Sequence record: OQ921725.1
Length of the DNA: 64,000 nt
Strand: one strand, 5' to 3'
This document shows, one piece after another, positions 25,821 to 34,875 of the stretch. The notes below the pieces were generated by a model. That model had not been told where the DNA came from, ran no database searches, and was given only the letters and a program-made list of their open reading frames with translations. A program made the translations under genes and the position numbers. Positions within the stretch are counted from its first letter, which is position 1; each line of letters opens with the position of its first letter.

Positions 25821-26411
25821 TTCCCGGTCCCCTCTTCTCCGTTTTCCTGGAGAAATTCTACCGGGAAAGAGACGTCAGAGTCGCCACATCAGAGCGGTGC
25901 GGTTCCGCTCGCTGATGAAGTCGGTCCTCGGGGTCATGTCGTGATCCGACCAGTAGTTCCGCACCGGTTCGCGGGTGACGCGGCCGGTGAGGGATCCACG
26001 AATCCCGGTCGTGGTGCTGCTGCACCCGCTGGAACTGGCTTGCGTGGTCATCTCGACCTCCCCTTCGGTTCGTACGGGCAGTGTCTCAGGGATGCTCCGC
26101 GAGCGCCCCCAACCACTGGATGATCTGGTAGAAGTCGTAGATCATGACGGCCGCCTCGACGCATACGTACAGGGAGACGGCGAGGAGGGTGGCGATGGTG
26201 GCATACAGGAGGGCGCGCAGGGGCGACGGCATGGGCACGTGGGGATCCTGAAGAAGGGTGCCGGTCTGGGGAACTGCCACCATCATCGCAGCCCCTTCGA
26301 ACTCCTGCTCCACCACGTTCAGCGGTTGCAACTTGAACCTCTTCTATCGCTCTGACCAGGGGATAGGAGTAGAATACAGGCAGGAAAAGAGGAGAAACGA
26401 GGGGGTAAAAA

Positions 26412-26702
26412 GTGGACTCGGATACGCGGATAAGCCTCAGCCGGGATGCAGTCGGCCGCGCCCTGACCTTCGCCAACCTGACATGGCGCGGGCTGAAGCG
26501 GGGGCCACACCCCGACAACGGGACGGACTGCCTCTACCTGGAGGCTGACGTCCGGGAGTACAGCGCCTTCCTGGTGGCGCTGGCCGTGCAGTACCGGCAC
26601 GCGGACGATCTGCTGATACTGGCCGACCGCGTGCAGCTCCAGCACACCGAGGCGGGGGACACCCGCTTCTGGGTTCCCGGCCTGTCGGTGCACGGCGTCT
26701 GA
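26412..26702 (+). CDS. Hypothetical protein
   Basis: -10 TAGAAT at ~26370, RBS GAGGGGG. Confidence 0.7.
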   Translation: MDSDTRISLSRDAVGRALTFANLTWRGLKRGPHPDNGTDCLYLEADVREYSAFLVALAVQYRHADDLLILADRVQLQHTEAGDTRFWVPGLSVHGV

Positions 26703-26718
26703 GCGGAGCCGGAACGCA

Positions 26719-26752
26719 GAGAAGGGGCGTCCCGCAAGGGACGCCCCTTCTC
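26719..26752. terminator. Bidirectional hairpin GAGAAGGGGCGTCCC-GCAA-GGGACGCCCCTTCTC
   Basis: 15-bp perfect stem, GNRA loop, convergent genes. Confidence 0.75.
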
Positions 26753-26768
26753 AGTGCCTGCTGGCCGG

Positions 26769-27092
26769 TCAGCTTGGGCCGTTGCCGTTCTCGCCGCGCT
26801 GGTCGTCCTGGACCGAGCGCTCCTTCATCTTCGTCTTGCAGAACTCGTCCCAGCTCTCGATGGGCATGAGGGACGTGTAGTCGCGCGTGGTCGAGGCGAA
26901 GCCGACGCCCCGGATGCAGAGCAGGACCACGTTCGGGCGGCCGTCGGTGTTGTTGTAGACCTCGATGTAGTCGGGGTCCATCGACTTCACGCCCTCGATG
27001 TCGCGCTTGTCGTTGGAGCCGCAGCCCGTCAGCAGGGCCAGGGCAAGGGCTGCCGAGCCGGTGACCGTAGCGATCTTCTTCATGCCGTTCAC
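26769..27092 (-). CDS. Lipoprotein
   Basis: MKKIATVTGSAALALALLTG-C lipobox. Confidence 0.8.
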   Translation of the reverse strand: MNGMKKIATVTGSAALALALLTGCGSNDKRDIEGVKSMDPDYIEVYNNTDGRPNVVLLCIRGVGFASTTRDYTSLMPIESWDEFCKTKMKERSVQDDQRGENGNGPS

Positions 27093-27174
27093 GTTCTTCT
27101 CTCTTCCCGTTGGCGTTCTTCAACTCTACTGCGATGAGGCGAAGTTGAACCTCATGTCTAGCTCAGAACTTCCC

Positions 27175-27684
27175 TCACTCGACCTCAGTCCGGGTCACCT
27201 TGCCGCCCAGCAGGCTGAGCGGCTTGTCGGTGTCGAGATCGATCCGCCGCATCACCCAGCCGTACTCGTCCTCGAACCAGTCCCACGGGACATCCGGACC
27301 GGGCTCGGCCGACAGGTGCCGGGCACAGGCGGACATCGCCGCCTCGGCACTCACGTGGACGCTGGCTGGCTGGCCGTCGTACTCCGCGACGAACACCTCA
27401 CGACCGCTCTCGTCGGCCGCCAGGAGCCCCCTCAGCAGCTTCTCCGCCTGGTTCCGGCGCGAGACCGGGATCAGGCCCAGCAGGGCTCGGTGCATGCGCA
27501 CGGGCGACATCTCTTCTTCCTCTCCGTGGATCTTCCTTTTCACCCAGTGGGCCAGGTCGTAGACGGTCAGCAGGATCCGGCCCACGACCAGAACGGCCAG
27601 CAGCAGGAGCAGCAGAATGAAGAAGATCACCCCGATCCTCAGCCAGAACTCGTGCCATCCCAGCTCGTGAGGATCGAGGCTCAC
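27175..27684 (-). CDS. Membrane-anchored hypothetical protein
   Basis: N-terminal hydrophobic helix. Confidence 0.7.
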   Translation of the reverse strand: MSLDPHELGWHEFWLRIGVIFFILLLLLLAVLVVGRILLTVYDLAHWVKRKIHGEEEEMSPVRMHRALLGLIPVSRRNQAEKLLRGLLAADESGREVFVAEYDGQPASVHVSAEAAMSACARHLSAEPGPDVPWDWFEDEYGWVMRRIDLDTDKPLSLLGGKVTRTEVE

Positions 27685-27845
27685 TTCTCCACCTCAACCG
27701 CCAGGACCGTCACATCCCAGCCGGTTCCCTGCGCCACCCGCTCGCCGATTCCGTTGATCAGCCCGACATCCTCGGGGCTAAGATCCGCGATCAGCTCGAT
27801 CGTCTTCTCGGTCAGGTTGTCCCTGATCACGACGCGCGTTTCCAC
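27681..27845 (-). CDS. Small hypothetical protein (54 aa, not in track)
   Basis: METRVVIRDNLTEK...; RBS GGAAGGGAG. Confidence 0.6.
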   Translation of the reverse strand: METRVVIRDNLTEKTIELIADLSPEDVGLINGIGERVAQGTGWDVTVLAVEVEK

Positions 27846-27887
27846 CCTGTCTCCCTTCCATGGCGGGGCCGTGCGAGGCCCCGCCCT

Positions 27888-28358
27888 TCAGCTCTTCTTG
27901 CGCTTCCGGCTGCCCGGAGCGCTCACCACTTCTTCCCAGCCCTCGGGCACGTTCGGGTGGATGCCGATCAGCAACACCCACCCGCCGGTCTCGACGTCCT
28001 CTTCCTTCAGGACCGTCTCCAGGGAGCCGACGGATTCCCCGGTGCTCCCGATGACCTCGCCCTCCTTGACGAAGCCGATGACCTCGACCGGGCCGTCACC
28101 GTCCTCGTCCCGGCGTACGCGCAGGACGACATCCTGCGCGTAGTCCCAGATCGCGAAGAACTGCCCCGGCGACCAGTCGCCACGGCCTCCCGAGTTCACC
28201 CGGAAGGCCGCGTTCCTGACCGACTCGACCTTGTTCTTCGGGAAGGCCGCATCCGGCACGACCAGGGTGGGCGAAGCGGCCAGTGCCGCTTCCTTCGAGG
28301 TGTAGGACGATGGACCCTTCGGAGGCTTCCTCAGATACACACCGTGAACGCGTGCCAT
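27888..28358 (-). CDS. Hypothetical protein
   Basis: Coding bias. Confidence 0.7.
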   Translation of the reverse strand: MARVHGVYLRKPPKGPSSYTSKEAALAASPTLVVPDAAFPKNKVESVRNAAFRVNSGGRGDWSPGQFFAIWDYAQDVVLRVRRDEDGDGPVEVIGFVKEGEVIGSTGESVGSLETVLKEEDVETGGWVLLIGIHPNVPEGWEEVVSAPGSRKRKKS

Positions 28359-28426
28359 TGCTCAACTCCCTCACTGCCGGAAACAGTGCAGGATGTTACC
28401 CGCGTTGACCTGCACCTGCACCCAGC

Positions 28427-28714
28427 CTATGCCGCGATGAGATCGCCGGAAAATTCCGGAACGAAAAGCGGCTGGCGCAGGAAGAAGATGTCCTTGAAAG
28501 ATCCGACCGGATTGGCCGGAACCGTCGTGTCCCCGGCCGGGTACATGAACCCCTCGGCCGCGTCCCATGCCTCCTCCGGAGTGGAGAAGAGGACCCCGCC
28601 CTCCTCGCGCACGCGCCGTGCCGTCAGCGGGCTGACGAACAGCGGCTCCAGCCCTCGCCGGAAGCGGGGGAAGCACTCGATCGTCCAGAGGTTGTGCCTG
28701 ACCAGGGTGTACAC
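28427..28714 (-). CDS. Hypothetical protein
   Basis: RBS AAGGAG. Confidence 0.7.
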   Translation of the reverse strand: MYTLVRHNLWTIECFPRFRRGLEPLFVSPLTARRVREEGGVLFSTPEEAWDAAEGFMYPAGDTTVPANPVGSFKDIFFLRQPLFVPEFSGDLIAA

Positions 28715-28725
28715 GACGGTCTCCT

Positions 28726-28926
28726 TCAGATGGTGATCTTCTCGATGCTGCGGGTCGGACCCTCTTCGGGCGGGACGAAGTCGTACTCGATGTGGCTCCA
28801 GAGTTTCCTCCGGAGATCGTCCATCGCTTCTTCCTTGGTGTCACCCTCACCAGAGAGCCCCGTGCGGGGCTCCTTCACCGTGCAGCCATACCGTCCGTAG
28901 TCGAATACCTCGACCGTGAACTCCAC
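28726..28926 (-). CDS. HicB-like antitoxin N-terminal domain (no HicA seen)
   Basis: YGCTVKEPRTGLSGEGDTKEEAMDDLRRKL matches the HicB G.T.EEA...L motif. Confidence 0.65.
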   Translation of the reverse strand: MEFTVEVFDYGRYGCTVKEPRTGLSGEGDTKEEAMDDLRRKLWSHIEYDFVPPEEGPTRSIEKITI

Positions 28927-28964
28927 GGTATTCTCCTTCCCTTGAGCAATACGGTACCACGAAA

Positions 28965-28986
28965 AGAGGGCCCCGGAGGGCCCTCT
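28965..28986 (-). terminator. Hairpin AGAGGGCCC-TCCG-GGGCCCTCT + TTT
   Basis: 9-bp stem, U tract on minus strand. Confidence 0.65.
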
Positions 28987-29030
28987 CTCGCTGCTCGCCA
29001 GCCACCGAAAAGCGGCCGGATTCTGTGGTG

Positions 29031-29441
29031 TTATTCGACCTGGTCCAGGAACTCGATGTCGGACTTCAGGGTCTTCGCCTGGCGCTGGTACTTGGCCAGG
29101 TCGCGCTTCGCCTTGTCGAGGTCACGCTGCCGGTCGGCGACCCGCTCCATCGTGTCCTCGATCGCGTTCTGGACCCGGGCCAGTTCGGCGCGGCGGACGT
29201 CGGCCTCGGAGCGGGTGCCACTGTTGGTCTCGATCCAGGCCACGAACTCGTCGAGTTCGGCGGCGACGAAGTACTTCAGCTTGCCGTTGCGCTTGACCAG
29301 CTTCGGGAGACGGTCGGCGTAGTTGGAGAACCTGGAGGACAGGGACTGTGCCGAGATGCCGGTCCGCTTCTCGAAGTCGGTCCGGGTCTCCAGCTCGTTC
29401 TCGCGCCCCTGGAACTCGGGACGCAGCCAGATCTCGGCCAT
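29031..29441 (-). CDS. AlpA/excisionase-like HTH plus coiled coil
   Basis: RTDFEKRTGISAQSLSSR...LPKLV...KYFVAAELDEF. Confidence 0.6.
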   Translation of the reverse strand: MAEIWLRPEFQGRENELETRTDFEKRTGISAQSLSSRFSNYADRLPKLVKRNGKLKYFVAAELDEFVAWIETNSGTRSEADVRRAELARVQNAIEDTMERVADRQRDLDKAKRDLAKYQRQAKTLKSDIEFLDQVE

Positions 29442-29443
29442 GT

Positions 29444-30556
29444 TCAGGAAACCCTCTCGCTGTGGAACTGACGAACGGCGTCGGCGTGCCAGACCTCGGG
29501 CAGGTCGGCGTTCTCGGCGGCGGCCTGGAGCTTCAGCAGCTCGACGACCTTCGCCTTCGGGTCACCCTCCTCGTGGGCCCGCCACTCCAGCCAGACGTCC
29601 ATCGCCTTGCGGACGTGGCTGACCTGGTCGCGGCGGTCCTTGTCGGTGGGCTTCCGGTTGCCCTTGTTCATGTACTGGCGGCGCAGCAGGTGACGCGGGT
29701 CCTCGCCCTTGGGCCCGATCCGGGGGAAGCCGTCCCGGTAGCCCGGCTTCAGGCCGTTCAGGAACTCCTGGACGTGCGAGGCGTTCGCACCGGCCGCCAG
29801 CGCCATCATGACGGAAGCCGCCAGGGCGCTCGGCGGGATCCGGCTTGCCGCCGCCTGGAGCACGTGCTTCATCCAGGAGCCGGAGCCCTCCCACGTCTCG
29901 TGGAAGAAGGGCCAGCCGTGGACCAGCTCGTAGATCTCCTGGTTGCTGGCGTCGGCGACGGTCCACTCGGTGCGCTCGGTGCCCCGGATGACCGGGAGGA
30001 TGAGCTTGGCGGCGGCGGCCGACTGGTCCGGGTAGGGGATGTCACCGAGGAGCTGACCGGCGTTGCGGCCACGACCCGTGTCGAGCACGGAGAAGGTGCC
30101 CCACTGGCCGTTCGTGGTGACCGGGACCTCGATCGTCTTACCCGACAGGGCGCAGGCGGCGAACCGGTGCTGGCCGTCGAGCAGGAAGCCGTCCTCCGTG
30201 AAGACCACGGAGGTGGAGATCCGGTCGTCCCAGCCGCCGTCGGCGACGATGGAGACGAGACCCTTGTTCTTCTTGGTGCCGTTGAGCGTCGTGATGAGGA
30301 AGCGGCGGTTGGCCGTGACCTCGGGGTGCCGCAGTTCGCGCGGCATCCGCTCGACGCGGATCACCCGGTACTTGAGGACGTCGCGCGCCATCTCGGGGGT
30401 GATCTTCATGGACGGGTGCGGGTAGGGCCGCTCGGGGTTCTTCTTCAGGTACTCCTGCGGCGTCTCCGGGATCGGGAACCGCGCCTTGCGGGGGTCCGAG
30501 ACGAACTCGAATCCCAGCATCCTCTCGATGGTCGAAAGGTTCTCTTCTCGCGCCAC
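29444..30556 (-). CDS. ParB/Srx-like N-domain protein (DGQHR)
   Basis: ITPEMARDVL...NRR...VVFTEDGFLLDGQHRFAA. Confidence 0.8.
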   Translation of the reverse strand: MAREENLSTIERMLGFEFVSDPRKARFPIPETPQEYLKKNPERPYPHPSMKITPEMARDVLKYRVIRVERMPRELRHPEVTANRRFLITTLNGTKKNKGLVSIVADGGWDDRISTSVVFTEDGFLLDGQHRFAACALSGKTIEVPVTTNGQWGTFSVLDTGRGRNAGQLLGDIPYPDQSAAAAKLILPVIRGTERTEWTVADASNQEIYELVHGWPFFHETWEGSGSWMKHVLQAAASRIPPSALAASVMMALAAGANASHVQEFLNGLKPGYRDGFPRIGPKGEDPRHLLRRQYMNKGNRKPTDKDRRDQVSHVRKAMDVWLEWRAHEEGDPKAKVVELLKLQAAAENADLPEVWHADAVRQFHSERVS

Positions 30557-30656
30557 TTTTCTCTCACCTTTCCGGGTGTGTGACTACATAGAACACGATC
30601 GAGGTGGCGGCCGTCAAGACGATGGTCGAGACGGCCGCCACCCGGATGTTCTCCGG

Positions 30657-31082
30657 CTAGTTGCCGGAGAAGGCGTCGCCGACGGCTTCCCCGATGGCCT
30701 TGAAGACCTTGCCGATTCCCTCGGCGCAGTCCTCGACGATGTCGCCGACCGCCTCGCCGAACCCGCGTGAGCCGCTGGAACTCCGGCCGCCCCCGGCCGT
30801 AACGGGGGCGGAAGAAGAGCCTGCGGTCACGGAGTCGTGCACCACCCGGCAATGACCGATGATCATCTGGCGGGCTGTGTACTCGCCGATGTGCATCGGT
30901 GCACCGCACAGGACGCAGCACCACATCAGGTCGTCCTCGTTCCAGCGGATCATGTTCGCCGGGTTGTTCCGCTGCGGCGTGTGGTCCTTCTCGTGCGCCG
31001 CGATGGCAAAATCGAAGAGCCGGTCGCTCTTGTCGAACGGCTTTCCGCAGGTCGGGCAGAGGTAGGTGTCGTCGGTGCTCAC
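30657..31082 (-). CDS. Tandem C2H2 zinc-finger-like protein
   Basis: CPTCGKPF...HEKDH and CVLCG...HCRVVH. Confidence 0.7.
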   Translation of the reverse strand: MSTDDTYLCPTCGKPFDKSDRLFDFAIAAHEKDHTPQRNNPANMIRWNEDDLMWCCVLCGAPMHIGEYTARQMIIGHCRVVHDSVTAGSSSAPVTAGGGRSSSGSRGFGEAVGDIVEDCAEGIGKVFKAIGEAVGDAFSGN

Positions 31083-31570
31083 CCTCGGGCCTCCTCTTCC
31101 AGGGTGGACTGGATAAATCCGACGGCCGCGCACATGGCGGCGCCGACGGTGAACGCCAGGGCTTTCTCCTCGCCCAGGCTGGCCAGCATGGCGAACGGGA
31201 TCGTCCAGGCACCCTCGTCCTTCTCCTCGGCCCGGCTGGCGATGGGGAGCATCTTCAGCAGCCCCACCGTGCCGTCGGAGAGCTGGAGGTTCACCGGCAC
31301 CATGTCCTCGTGGTACCGGTGCGCGAACTGCCAGCAGAGAGTGGCGACCACCGGGTACCAGCCGTGCCGGTCCACCTTCTGCTGGAGTTCGGCCAGAACG
31401 GTGTCGACGGACTCCTCGCCGCCCTGCTCCGACTCGATCAGCCGGTTCAACAGGGCGGGTTCGAACTCCTGGAGGTCGTTGATCTGCTCCTGGGTGATGT
31501 CAGGGAACTCCTGCTGCGGGAGCGGCTTGCCCTCGGCCATGAGGGTCAGCACGTCGGTGACGGAGAGCAT
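31079..31570 (-). CDS. Hypothetical protein
   Basis: Overlap coupling. Confidence 0.7.
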   Translation of the reverse strand: MLSVTDVLTLMAEGKPLPQQEFPDITQEQINDLQEFEPALLNRLIESEQGGEESVDTVLAELQQKVDRHGWYPVVATLCWQFAHRYHEDMVPVNLQLSDGTVGLLKMLPIASRAEEKDEGAWTIPFAMLASLGEEKALAFTVGAAMCAAVGFIQSTLEEEARG

Positions 31571-31836
31571 CAGACGGCATCCTTCGGGTCGGCCGGGCGG
31601 CACAGGTAGACGTGGACGTACCGGACGGAGTGGGCGGGCCTGGATTCCTGGACGGTGCGGGGGACGACGATCTCGTAGGCGTTGCCGTCCTTGTCCTGGA
31701 AGATGTGCCCCTCCGGGAGGACGGGGCCGGTAGGCCAGACGTCCCAGTCGTAGGGCTCGTGGCGGATCTCGGTCGCCTCGAACTCGCCGTCGAAGTAGTC
31801 GGGCCGCTTGCCCAGCGGCTTGATCTTGATGGTCAC
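31570..31836 (-). CDS. Hypothetical protein
   Basis: Coupling, coding bias. Confidence 0.7.
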   Translation of the reverse strand: MTIKIKPLGKRPDYFDGEFEATEIRHEPYDWDVWPTGPVLPEGHIFQDKDGNAYEIVVPRTVQESRPAHSVRYVHVYLCRPADPKDAV

Positions 31837-32366
31837 TTCTCTCCCTTTCCGATGCGGTCAGACTCCCTGACCACGGTCAGGCCGTCCTGCGGCAGCAGGA
31901 GGCCGGTGAACTGATCGTCCCAGCCGGGCACGATCTTGGTCTCGATCCCCTCGTCCTCCCAGACCTCGATCACGGCCGGATTGTCGTCGTGCGCCTTCAC
32001 CACGACGAATCCGTTGGCCCGGATCTTCGCCAGGATCTCCCGCTTCACGATCGCGTCCTTGCGGAAGTCGTCGTTCGCCCGCGTCCAGATGCTGTCGAAC
32101 GGGATCTGGCAGCTCTCCAGCCACTTCCGGGTGAGGGTCCGGTACCGGGCCATGCGGGCGGTCACCACGAGGACGGCCCGGCCTTTCGCCTTGGCCTCGT
32201 GCACCCGCTCGACGACCTCGGGGTGCGGCGGGCAGAAGGCGGAAGCCATGTGGAAGGAGTGGAAGTCGCGGTTCGGAGGAGTGACGTAGTGACGCACGCT
32301 GCTGACGTTGCACAGAGTGCCGTCAACGTCGAATATCTCCGCTTCCTGCTGTTGTGTCTGGTTCAT
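31833..32366 (-). CDS. PNKP-type HAD 3'-phosphatase (stand-alone)
   Basis: IFDVDGTL, VVTAR, TR..DDFRKDAIVK.EI, AHDDNP. Confidence 0.88.
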   Translation of the reverse strand: MNQTQQQEAEIFDVDGTLCNVSSVRHYVTPPNRDFHSFHMASAFCPPHPEVVERVHEAKAKGRAVLVVTARMARYRTLTRKWLESCQIPFDSIWTRANDDFRKDAIVKREILAKIRANGFVVVKAHDDNPAVIEVWEDEGIETKIVPGWDDQFTGLLLPQDGLTVVRESDRIGKGEK

Positions 32367-32378
32367 GTCGATTCACCC

Positions 32379-32864
32379 CTATCGGAAGCACTCGGAGCAG
32401 GGGGTCGAGCCCCTGCCGCCGTTGACCAGGTTGGTCACACCGCACTCGGCGATGTACACGTTCAGATCCCACGATCCGCCGTAGTGCTGGACGCGGGCGG
32501 CCCGGTGGAAGGTCCGACTTCCGGCGGCCTCGTGGAGGTTGATCACCCCGCACACCAGACGGTGCCCCACCGGCTCGTAGATGCTGGCCCGGGAGTCGAA
32601 GCAGACCTTGCAGACGTAGACCAGCAGCGCCTGGCCAGCCCACCGTTCACCGCTGTTGGCCAACATCCGCAGCTCGCGGGAGATGTCCGTGCGGATCTGC
32701 TCGTGGTCCACGGGGTAGGTCTGCGCGACGCGTCCGTAGTTCGACAGCACCACCTCGGCCACCTTCAGCCGGTCCTCGAACGGCATGTTCGGGAGCAGCT
32801 TCTCGCCCAGCCTCTCCGCCTCGCGAATGCGGGTGGGATGCGTGACGTTGTCCATGTTCGTCAC
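32379..32864 (-). CDS. Hypothetical protein, Cys-containing C-terminus
   Basis: CKVC...C...C...CSEC. Confidence 0.7.
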   Translation of the reverse strand: MTNMDNVTHPTRIREAERLGEKLLPNMPFEDRLKVAEVVLSNYGRVAQTYPVDHEQIRTDISRELRMLANSGERWAGQALLVYVCKVCFDSRASIYEPVGHRLVCGVINLHEAAGSRTFHRAARVQHYGGSWDLNVYIAECGVTNLVNGGRGSTPCSECFR

Positions 32865-32867
32865 GAT

Positions 32868-33344
32868 TCAGAACCCCTTGGACTCCCAGCGCACGCCGTA
32901 CAGGCCGAGGCGGGGGTCGTTGGTCTGGGAGACGAGGGAGACCGTGTAGTGCCAGCCGCACTGCGTGCAGGTCTCGCTCCAGCCGCCGGTCCTCTTGGCC
33001 AGGTCGGAGCTGACGTCTGCGTAGTTGAGGTGCCGGGCGTTCAGGGTGCAGCAGGGAGAGGTGGTGATGACCTTCTCCGTGCTGCCCCTCTGGTAGACGG
33101 CGGGCCGGATCACGGCGACACCCGTGCGCGAGGAGCGGTAGTTCTCGTAGGGCTCGCCGATCAGGTAGGTACGGGGCGAATCGGTGCGAACCCACACCCC
33201 GTCGCCGTTCTTCTCGTACTCGTTGATCGAGATCCAGGCGCCCATCCCCAGGTGGGTGCCGTGATCCTCGTCGAACCCCTCGATCGTGCGGAGCTGCCCC
33301 TGGTAGACGACCTTGTCGCCACGCTTCGGTTCCATGGGTTCCAT
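32868..33344 (-). CDS. Hypothetical protein, C-terminal Zn ribbon
   Basis: PCC...CTQC. Confidence 0.7.
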   Translation of the reverse strand: MEPMEPKRGDKVVYQGQLRTIEGFDEDHGTHLGMGAWISINEYEKNGDGVWVRTDSPRTYLIGEPYENYRSSRTGVAVIRPAVYQRGSTEKVITTSPCCTLNARHLNYADVSSDLAKRTGGWSETCTQCGWHYTVSLVSQTNDPRLGLYGVRWESKGF

Positions 33345-33404
33345 GCCTCTTCCTCGTCCCTTCCGAATCAGTTCGCCCGGCTTCCGGACACCTTCCGAGC
33401 TGCT

Positions 33405-33599
33405 TCAGTCCCCGTCGATGAGCGGGAAGCCCGTCTTCTTCGTCGCCACCAGGCGGCGCCAGCGCGCAGCGGCCAACCTGAGAAGCCTGTCGTGACCGTC
33501 GAGCCCGACATGGCTCACCGCGAAGGCGTCGGGTGCCGGTACATCATGACGGGCGGCCCAGTCGTAGACCGAGTCCACCGTCTTCTGTCGCTTCGCCAT
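33405..33599 (-). CDS. Hypothetical protein
   Basis: RBS GAGGAAGGG. Confidence 0.6.
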   Translation of the reverse strand: MAKRQKTVDSVYDWAARHDVPAPDAFAVSHVGLDGHDRLLRLAAARWRRLVATKKTGFPLIDGD

Positions 33600-33686
33600 C
33601 ACCCTTCCTCTCTCACTGACGGCCATCGTCAGGTGCAGTCTCACTGCACGACCGGGCTGGCTGCCCGGTTTCGGCCTCGGGTCAGA

Positions 33687-33935
33687 TCACGTGCTGGGCT
33701 GGCGGTCCCGCCAGGTACCGAACGGCTCCGCCAGCGGGCCGTCTTTGACGTAGTCCGGGTCCATCCAGTTCGCCGCCTGGATCGCTCCGCAGGCGCCGCA
33801 CTCGCCGCCGTCGGAGTGGTTGTGGTACTTCCCGAACTCCTCCCGGATGTGCCGAGCCCAGCGGCGCCGGGTCTCCAGCTCGTCGTCGTGCAGCCGGGCC
33901 ACGGCTCGCATGAGCTGCCCGTCCATTCCCTTCAT
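33687..33935 (-). CDS. Hypothetical protein
   Basis: H...CGAC; overlap coupling. Confidence 0.65.
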   Translation of the reverse strand: MKGMDGQLMRAVARLHDDELETRRRWARHIREEFGKYHNHSDGGECGACGAIQAANWMDPDYVKDGPLAEPFGTWRDRQPST

Positions 33936-34213
33936 CCCTCTTCCCCTTCCGTCGGCAGGCCGGGCGGCCTCGGTGACAACCTCGTGGCCATCAGCCAGCC
34001 GGTGACCCGGCGCCCCTGGTGCAGCTCCTCTGCCAGCATGCTGACGATCTGGCGGGCAAAGTACTCCTGCCACCACCTCGTGAACCCTTCCGGATCCTCG
34101 TCGTACGCTCCGACCTGGTGAACCGAGCTGGCCAGTGGGACGCCGAACAGCTCGACGATGATCACCGGCTGGCCGTTCTCCTCGGTCTTCCCGATCCGGA
34201 TGGCGTCCATCAC
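33932..34213 (-). CDS. Hypothetical protein, paralogue of 34210..34512
   Basis: Shared R.G...G..V..E..G.P...WQE.F...MLA..L..G. Confidence 0.7.
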   Translation of the reverse strand: MMDAIRIGKTEENGQPVIIVELFGVPLASSVHQVGAYDEDPEGFTRWWQEYFARQIVSMLAEELHQGRRVTGWLMATRLSPRPPGLPTEGEEG

Positions 34214-34512
34214 GACTCCCCGAAGGGGCCGAGGCGGTACACGTCACGGCCGGTCGGCGATTCGGTGCGCCACTTCACGAAGTCGTGGTCGTAGCCCTCC
34301 GTCAGCACCTTGGCCAGCATCCGGGCCAGTCGCGTCTCGAAGGTTTCCTGCCAGTCCTCGGCGTCCTGGTGGCCCGCCTCGAACTCGTGGGCGTCGGCGT
34401 ACAGAACCGGGATCCCCAGGATCTCCAGCACGTAGACCTCGTTGCCCTTCTGGTCCGTGGCCAGACCGACCCGGAAGAGGCCCTGGACCTCGTTCACATC
34501 GATCTTCGCCAT
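34210..34512 (-). CDS. Hypothetical protein, paralogue of 33932..34213
   Basis: As above. Confidence 0.75.
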   Translation of the reverse strand: MAKIDVNEVQGLFRVGLATDQKGNEVYVLEILGIPVLYADAHEFEAGHQDAEDWQETFETRLARMLAKVLTEGYDHDFVKWRTESPTGRDVYRLGPFGES

Positions 34513-34527
34513 GCTCTTCTCCGTTCC

Positions 34528-34857
34528 TCAGTGTCGGTAGCGGGGGGCGTTCTTCTCCAGGTGGTAGATCCAGGATCCGGGGCTCTCGCCCTCGCCCTCG
34601 TTCAGGTAGAGCTGACGCCGGGCCGCGAACTCGGCGCGCTCCTCGTGCGTCTCGCCCAGGTACTTCTTCACGTCCTGCGGGGCGCCCCAGGTCGTCACAC
34701 CCTGGAGGCAGTCGCAGATGATGCCGCTGCCCTGCCGGGACAGGCAGTTCGTGCCGTGCTCGGGAGGCGGAATCTCCTTGAAGCCCATCTCCTCCAGGAT
34801 CAGGATCTTCTGCTGCGGGGTGAGCCCGGCGTAGTCGATGGCGAATTCGTGCTTCAC
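34528..34857 (-). CDS. Hypothetical protein
   Basis: Coding bias. Confidence 0.7.
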   Translation of the reverse strand: MKHEFAIDYAGLTPQQKILILEEMGFKEIPPPEHGTNCLSRQGSGIICDCLQGVTTWGAPQDVKKYLGETHEERAEFAARRQLYLNEGEGESPGSWIYHLEKNAPRYRH

Positions 34858-34875
34858 GTCTCTTCTCGCTTTCCG

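Noticed and set aside
26048-26518. ORFs 26048..26518, 26086..26331 and 25975..26355
   Set aside because: Weak codon bias and no clear RBS; a small membrane ORF inside 26086..26331 cannot be excluded
31989-34121. 710-aa plus-strand ORF, and similar ones (54492..55961, 29348..30583, 36211..37668)
   Set aside because: Antisense to coherent, translationally coupled minus-strand genes; stop codons are rare at this GC content
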